Notes under the pieces: generated by a model | What the model saw: the letters and a program-made list of their open reading frames with translations, nothing else | The model's database searches: none | What the model was told of the DNA's origin: nothing | Virus record (IMG/VR): IMGVR_UViG_3300042475_004151 | Strand: one strand, 5' to 3' | Source of the DNA: a virus | DNA length: 64,000 bases | In this document: in pieces, positions 58,622 to 64,000 of the stretch | How the letters are laid out: each line of letters begins with the position of its first letter | Numbering within the stretch: the stretch's first letter is position 1 | Made by a program: the position numbers and the translations under genes

Positions 58622-59251
58622 TCAAATTTTAGAAATAAATTCACTACCTAATTCACCATCCTGTTCAATCACTCCTAATTGTTGTAAATGTTCTTTATAG
58701 TAATCATCTAATTCCCAATCAACTTTAGATTCAAATGTTGATGGATTATAATCTTCCAAGTGTTGGATTTGTTTATCAGTGAATATATTTCCAACATAAA
58801 GGAAATAATGATTGTAACATAATAATTCTAAATTTTCTAATGTCCAATTCTTTTTATTTCCATCTTTAAAATTAAGTACTAAAGGTACTTTATAATCAAC
58901 GACTCTACGTTCAGCGAATTGACATTTAGCACAACATTCTTGTAAGTAACTCTCTTGTATTAATCTATTCTTTAATTTCTCAGGTGTATATGAGTCAATA
59001 GGTACTCTACCTTCAATAATATCTTTTAATGCTGGTTCTTTACCTCTATTAGATAAAAATTTAGCTATACCTTTACCTGATTGATTTTTATGTTTATCAA
59101 ACAAGGTGATATTATTTTCATCAGTATAATTTTTAGCGTATTTTTTATAATGAATATAACTAACGTGCAGGTACCTAGCACCTGCACGATTTGATTTAGT
59201 CATAGCCATTGCTCTTTCAATATCTGATTTTGCTAATGGTTTTGGTAGCAT
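58622..59251 (-). CDS. HNH-like Zn-binding protein, probably catalytically altered
   Basis: CAKC..LVLNFKDGNKKNWTLENLELLCYNH; the usual HH/DH His position reads NF. Confidence 0.6.
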   Translation of the reverse strand: MLPKPLAKSDIERAMAMTKSNRAGARYLHVSYIHYKKYAKNYTDENNITLFDKHKNQSGKGIAKFLSNRGKEPALKDIIEGRVPIDSYTPEKLKNRLIQESYLQECCAKCQFAERRVVDYKVPLVLNFKDGNKKNWTLENLELLCYNHYFLYVGNIFTDKQIQHLEDYNPSTFESKVDWELDDYYKEHLQQLGVIEQDGELGSEFISKI

Positions 59252-59944
59252 TTATTTTTTTTCTTCTTTTTGAAGTTCCTTACTTAATCCACTAATCGGA
59301 ACAGGTGTACCTACAGGATATGGAAATCCTTCTTTAGCTGCTGTTATAGATGTCATTCCAGATGTAACAGGAACTGCTTTACGTAATGGAACTGCTGCTT
59401 CATTAAGTGGTCCATATACTTTTGCTAATATAATACCTGTAGATGTTGTATCAAAGATAACACCTGGCATTGCAAACATGTTGCTTTCACTTGTGTTTGG
59501 ATGATCAAGATTTACAATAAATGAACGATTTACAGGTGGTGATAATTCCCACTCCTTAGATGCTGGATTAAATTGTGGTATTGCTGTAGCTGTATCATAG
59601 TACCAAAATAGAGACCATACTGTATTATTGGTTCCATCAGGTGATTGGAAATTTTCCTTTACATTAAACTTTCCATAAGTTCCACTATCTCCTTCCATTG
59701 CTAAATTAGAAATAGATGGTCCTGTTAATACTGGACATATAGCACATCCTTCATCATATACTACTCCTTGAACAACAATCTTTTTTCCAGTTGGAATTGC
59801 TGCTGATGCACCACAGAAGGCAAAAGATCCTTGATGAATTTTTACTGCTGTATCAGATTTAAGATCTTCAACTGTTTCTGTTTTTGGGTTACAACTAAAT
59901 AACATTGTTAGTAGACTAACTACTATGAGTGTGATTTTTTTCAT
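59252..59944 (-). CDS. Lipoprotein of unknown function
   Basis: MKKITLIVVSLLTMLFS-C lipobox (second Met of the track ORF). Confidence 0.65.
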   Translation of the reverse strand: MKKITLIVVSLLTMLFSCNPKTETVEDLKSDTAVKIHQGSFAFCGASAAIPTGKKIVVQGVVYDEGCAICPVLTGPSISNLAMEGDSGTYGKFNVKENFQSPDGTNNTVWSLFWYYDTATAIPQFNPASKEWELSPPVNRSFIVNLDHPNTSESNMFAMPGVIFDTTSTGIILAKVYGPLNEAAVPLRKAVPVTSGMTSITAAKEGFPYPVGTPVPISGLSKELQKEEKK

Positions 59945-59957
59945 TTTTTGTTTTATT

Positions 59958-60368
59958 TTATTTTTCATTATCTAACTTTAATCTCATTAATATGGTCCAA
60001 ATATCCTCAGGTGTTGTTGATGGGACTATTTTTTCCTCATCATCATATAATTCATTTACTGATCCATCTGGATTGAATTTTTCATATAAATAGAAACTAA
60101 TTACTTCATATCCTTCTTTTCCAAAATGAAGTAATATAAATGAGTCTATCACTTGAAAAAATAACTCATCATAAGTACTAAAGTCAATTTTTAAATCACT
60201 ATTAGCTAAATGAGTTCTAGTTTGAGCAGCTTGTAATGCTAATATAATACTAGTAAATATATCTTTTTGCTTCTCAATATATGCTTTTTTCTTTCTTTTA
60301 ACTGTTGAATTTATTTTAAGTAAACTATCAACTGCTTTTTTTATATCATCAAAACCATCATTTGTCAT
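59958..60368 (-). CDS. Hypothetical protein
   Basis: Track ORF. Confidence 0.65.
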   Translation of the reverse strand: MTNDGFDDIKKAVDSLLKINSTVKRKKKAYIEKQKDIFTSIILALQAAQTRTHLANSDLKIDFSTYDELFFQVIDSFILLHFGKEGYEVISFYLYEKFNPDGSVNELYDDEEKIVPSTTPEDIWTILMRLKLDNEK

Positions 60369-60369
60369 G

Positions 60370-60690
60370 TTAATTTATTTTATCTATTAGTATTTTTATT
60401 TCAGCACATGCCTCATATAATTCTTTTTCAATATATCTATCCATACATGATTGTAGAGATTGTTTCCATTCTGATTTATCTAATTCAACATAATATTCAC
60501 TTTTCCCTAATTCAAATAATATAGCTGTTTTAGATTCACTTTTAATAGCATCTTTAATACTTTCTACAGCCTCAATATATACAGCTTTTGAAAATACTTC
60601 ATTACTACATAATGTTTCAACATCTGGTGTTCCATCTCCTATAACTGATAATACCATTGTAGGTATTTTTCTAGTTGATTTTTTAGCCAT
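60370..60690 (-). CDS. Hypothetical protein with UVR-like C-terminus
   Basis: W..SL..C..YEACAEIKIL; late motif at 60705-60712. Confidence 0.6.
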   Translation of the reverse strand: MAKKSTRKIPTMVLSVIGDGTPDVETLCSNEVFSKAVYIEAVESIKDAIKSESKTAILFELGKSEYYVELDKSEWKQSLQSCMDRYIEKELYEACAEIKILIDKIN

Positions 60691-60695
60691 ACGAG

Positions 60696-61883
60696 TTATT
60701 TATTATAAATATGAATCAAATTATGTTCGTATGTTTCTAAATTATTAATTGTTATTTTAAATATATCTAATTCAAATGTACCTACTTCACCTGACTCAGC
60801 TATTATTTCTGGTAATTGAGTTAATATGTTAAATAATTCTTGAGTTAATAATTTACCATCAAATTTAACTATAATATCATTATTAGGTACAGTATGTTTT
60901 ATTAGTTTAAATTTACTTTTAAGATCAATTTTAGTATGTGGTTGCTCATTTTCATAATAAGTAGCTTCATTAATACCTAATTCATCATCTGTATATAAAG
61001 TATTACACCATGGTTCTAAAGCTGTTATTAATTGTAAATTGCAATTATCAACTACAAAACCAATATCATACTTATGAGGTATAATTGGTTTTAAATAATC
61101 ATCATGTTTAACAAAATGTCCCCACTTACGAATAAAATTTCTAGCATTTTTACTTGTTGTATAAATCCATTCTTCACTATTTTTTCCAGCACTACCTCCT
61201 GCATGTTTATTAAATCTACTTCCTCTACTAGTAAAGTGATAAACTAAACCATCCCATGATTGAATCACTTTATATCCTTTTAAAACAAAACGATTAAATA
61301 AATCACTATCTTCTTTTGATTGAGGAGCAAATAATTCATCATGTCCACCAATAGCTAAGTAATCTGTCTTATACATACACCATGGTGCAAATATACCTTC
61401 AGTTACTTTATCTTTATTTTGGGTTTCGAAAAATCCTATAGCATTCATAGATGCATTAAAATCAAATTGATCTACTTCATTCCCCCAATCTTGAGTTATT
61501 TTTTCTGGTCCTGGAGGATGTAATGGTGGTTCAATTCTAGTAGCACTAACTACAGTACCTGGTTTTAAATGTTTTAATATATTGGTATCTAAATTAGGTC
61601 CAGCTATCATATCTGCGTGAAAAGCAAATATAATTTCGGTTCTAGCCATTTCAATACCTTTATCAAACATGCCGACAATACCAATACGGTTTGGTCCTGG
61701 GTTGCGAAAAGTAAGTAAGTCTTCATCGTTTATTGATTTAATCCATTCTTGAGTTCCATCTTCACTAGCATCATCTAATATAAGTATTTCATGTTTAGTT
61801 GATAAATTACGAATTGATTTATACGCTAGTTGAAGAAATTCTAAATTATTTCTACTTGGTAGTACAAATGTTATTTTTTGCAT
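60696..61883 (-). CDS. Glycosyltransferase family 2 (GT-A)
   Basis: FVLPSRN..ILDDASEDGT..FHADM..GGHDE..KEDSD. Confidence 0.85.
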   Translation of the reverse strand: MQKITFVLPSRNNLEFLQLAYKSIRNLSTKHEILILDDASEDGTQEWIKSINDEDLLTFRNPGPNRIGIVGMFDKGIEMARTEIIFAFHADMIAGPNLDTNILKHLKPGTVVSATRIEPPLHPPGPEKITQDWGNEVDQFDFNASMNAIGFFETQNKDKVTEGIFAPWCMYKTDYLAIGGHDELFAPQSKEDSDLFNRFVLKGYKVIQSWDGLVYHFTSRGSRFNKHAGGSAGKNSEEWIYTTSKNARNFIRKWGHFVKHDDYLKPIIPHKYDIGFVVDNCNLQLITALEPWCNTLYTDDELGINEATYYENEQPHTKIDLKSKFKLIKHTVPNNDIIVKFDGKLLTQELFNILTQLPEIIAESGEVGTFELDIFKITINNLETYEHNLIHIYNK

Positions 61884-62719
61884 AAATATTCTTTTATATA
61901 ATCTTCAATATTTCGTTTAGGTGACCACCCTAATGTTTCTTTAGCTAATGGATCTTCACATAATGTTACAAATGCTTCTCCTGGTTTATCATCTTTATAT
62001 ATAACTTCTTTATTAAACATAGTAGATATTTCTTTAACTGAGTAATTTCTATTTCTGCCTAATTCAAAGATATAACCCCATTTTTGTTTTTCTAAGATTA
62101 GTATCAATGCTTCAACTATATCTTCAACATGGGTGAAATCTCTACGTTTTCTACCATCACCATATATAACTAATGGTTGTCCTTCTTCAACTTTTTTTTC
62201 CCATGCTCCAATTAATGTTGTATAACCACCTTCTTTTAGTTGGTATGGACCATAAACATTGTAAAAACGTGTTATTGTTGATTTTAATTTGTATATGTTT
62301 TCAAATAATTGAATTATTTCTTCTCCTATATCTTTACTAAAAGTATATGGATTAGTTAATTTACCAGCATGATGAGAACTACTACCAGCGTATATAAGTG
62401 GTATATTATTTTTAGCGCAATAACTAGCTAATTTTAAAGTACCATTAGCGTTTGTAGTAAAATATTCTTCAGGTTTATCAAATGATGGTTGTATCCTAGC
62501 TATAGCAGCTAAATGATATACAACATCAAATTCTCCCCAAGCGTTATAATCACTAATATTTCTAATATCATAATTAATATACTTAACTCCTGGTTGGTGA
62601 TTTGATTCTAATCCTGTATTGTAATTATCTATAGATATAACATTATATCCCTTTTTAAGTAAGGCTTTAATTAGGTTAGTACCAACAAAGCCAGCTCCTC
62701 CTGTAACTAATATATTCAT
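61871..62719 (-). CDS. NAD-dependent nucleotide-sugar epimerase/dehydratase
   Basis: LVTGGAGFVG, YHLAA, YTFSK (YxxxK), RFYNVYGP, RDFTHVED. Confidence 0.9.
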   Translation of the reverse strand: MNILVTGGAGFVGTNLIKALLKKGYNVISIDNYNTGLESNHQPGVKYINYDIRNISDYNAWGEFDVVYHLAAIARIQPSFDKPEEYFTTNANGTLKLASYCAKNNIPLIYAGSSSHHAGKLTNPYTFSKDIGEEIIQLFENIYKLKSTITRFYNVYGPYQLKEGGYTTLIGAWEKKVEEGQPLVIYGDGRKRRDFTHVEDIVEALILILEKQKWGYIFELGRNRNYSVKEISTMFNKEVIYKDDKPGEAFVTLCEDPLAKETLGWSPKRNIEDYIKEYLCKK

Positions 62720-62724
62720 AAAAT

Positions 62725-63399
62725 TTATTTTAATCTCAACATACCTGTTCTTTCAAACATAGTATTATAATACACTAAATCATTTTTATATTTATCTTTT
62801 AACTGTTTTATATCCTCAAGATAATGAATTTCTTTAGCTATTCCAACTTTATTTAATTCTAATCCAGCATATATTAAAGGCTCAAAATGTAATGATGGAT
62901 GTCCATTATTAATACATTTATCAGCTATAATATTATAATTGTCTAAATTAAATACTTTACTATATAAATCTCTAGTTATAAAGAAAAATTCAGTCCTAAT
63001 TGGTAAACTTTTATTATCAATTAAATTATAATTATCATCAAACATCCATTGTCTAGGTATACCAGCTAATTTTTTATTTGATTGAATATATTCTTTAACC
63101 ATCCAATCTATATCATTTATATCTCTAAAAATCATATCTGCATGGTAATGTAAAATATAATCTTGAGTTAATAATTCATTAGCTGAACTTGCTAAAGCAA
63201 ATGCACCCATATGTTTATTAGGATTATATTGTAACCAATTTATATTTAAACCGGTTTCTTGAGATATAAGTTTAATTTGTTCTTCATCTTCAAAATTAGT
63301 TATAAAATGTATTGGGTATTTGAAATTGAATTTATTATAAAACTCAGCTTGTATTTTAAACTCATTAACATCATAACATGTACATACTATATCAACCAT
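62725..63399 (-). CDS. Putative glycosyltransferase (GT-A-like)
   Basis: YILHYHADM (DxD-like); glycosylation cluster context. Confidence 0.5.
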   Translation of the reverse strand: MVDIVCTCYDVNEFKIQAEFYNKFNFKYPIHFITNFEDEEQIKLISQETGLNINWLQYNPNKHMGAFALASSANELLTQDYILHYHADMIFRDINDIDWMVKEYIQSNKKLAGIPRQWMFDDNYNLIDNKSLPIRTEFFFITRDLYSKVFNLDNYNIIADKCINNGHPSLHFEPLIYAGLELNKVGIAKEIHYLEDIKQLKDKYKNDLVYYNTMFERTGMLRLK

Positions 63400-64000
63400 G
63401 TTTTCCTCTTTCTAATTCATAAATAAAATCTGAGTCAGCATACCTATCAGATAAATATCCCATTCTGTCATTACCAAATATTTTATTAAATTTATATCCA
63501 TTTAGATTAACCATTATGTTTCCCCATTGTATATTTTCCATTTTCCCATCATATGGGTCATTAATATATTCAAATCCATTTATACGTTTATAATTAAAAT
63601 AAGTCATACAAATAAAACTACCTCTAATTGTTGTGTAACATTGTAATGGTGTATCAAATAATTCTTTATTAGTAGCTACATCTAACCAAGTATTAATTGA
63701 ACCATAAGGTATAGATTCTTCAGTATTATTAGGTGTTATAATAGCATTTGGATCTAAATAAAAACCATAATTCATTCCATTAGCCATAACATCAAATTTA
63801 TATGTGCTTGATAAACATAAATTTATAAAACTCCAATCTTTAATTATTATATCATCATGAGTAAAAAATATAAAATCATCATCATTTAAATTTAAATGAT
63901 TTACTCCTTGAACATAACCTCCCCATTCTAGACCTATATTATCAAATAATTTCCAATCAAAATTATCTTTAATTATTTGAGGTGGATCTTTTCTACAAAC
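63392..64000 (-). CDS. Putative glycosyltransferase, 5' end beyond right window edge
   Basis: Frame stays open upstream of the track Met: ..NIGLEWGGY..FIFFTHDDIIIKDW.. Confidence 0.55.
   Translation of the reverse strand, partial: VCRKDPPQIIKDNFDWKLFDNIGLEWGGYVQGVNHLNLNDDDFIFFTHDDIIIKDWSFINLCLSSTYKFDVMANGMNYGFYLDPNAIITPNNTEESIPYGSINTWLDVATNKELFDTPLQCYTTIRGSFICMTYFNYKRINGFEYINDPYDGKMENIQWGNIMVNLNGYKFNKIFGNDRMGYLSDRYADSDFIYELERGKHG

Larger units (their letters stand above)
4674..60712 (-). promoter_or_regulatory. Dispersed late-promoter motif ATATTTAT (14 copies noted)
   Basis: Plus-strand ataaatat at 4674, 8812, 10394, 21822, 28230, 31811, 35965, 38425, 47395, 54522, 55307, 56023, 57772, 60705; mostly 4-45 nt upstream of an ATG (38425 is ~125 nt upstream), including several structural genes. 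Confidence 0.7.

Noticed and set aside
9582-58625. Repeated gcggtcaa motif as a CRISPR array or integron attC sites
   Set aside because: Spacing is gene-sized and irregular, the middle is variable, there is no attC palindrome, and no cas or tyrosine integrase gene is in the window; a promoter fits better.
1-64000. Stop-codon reassignment, as in some large Bacteroidota phages
   Set aside because: Long genes are intact in code 11, and TAG and TGA end genes at sensible places (e.g. 56891, 47272, 58622).

Overview
This is a very AT-rich, gene-dense 64-kb segment of a large lytic tailed phage, probably a jumbo myovirus. All credible genes are on the minus strand and use standard code 11. The host is most likely a Bacteroidota: leaders are A-rich without Shine-Dalgarno sites, promoters carry a TAnnTTTA box, and the window has a Bacteroidota-type TonB receptor/lipoprotein pair. 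Left to right: (1) 1-8.8 kb, late genes whose unrelated products share short N-terminal leaders ending in Glu, including a multi-enzyme candidate polyprotein (possible capsid-packaged cargo); (2) a TonB-dependent receptor plus surface lipoprotein; (3) exonuclease and primase; (4) 16-35.6 kb, tail/baseplate genes with three Ser/Thr/Pro mucin-like proteins, GH19 endolysin, holin, gp6- and gp25-like proteins and a probably split gp5-like region; (5) a gp55-like late sigma factor, HD hydrolase, MoxR-AAA/VWA pair and RadA-like ATPase; (6) 43.9-58.6 kb, small genes, many with their own copy of a 27-bp promoter TTGACC-N13-TAnnTTTA (23 copies counted by eye in the window), plus a GC-richer island with repeat-rich non-coding flanks, a degenerate tRNA-like element, two paralogous GIY-YIG endonucleases and a 3' UTR antisense to early-gene leaders; (7) a glycosyltransferase/epimerase cluster running off the right edge. 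All family calls come from motif recognition by eye; no database search was run.
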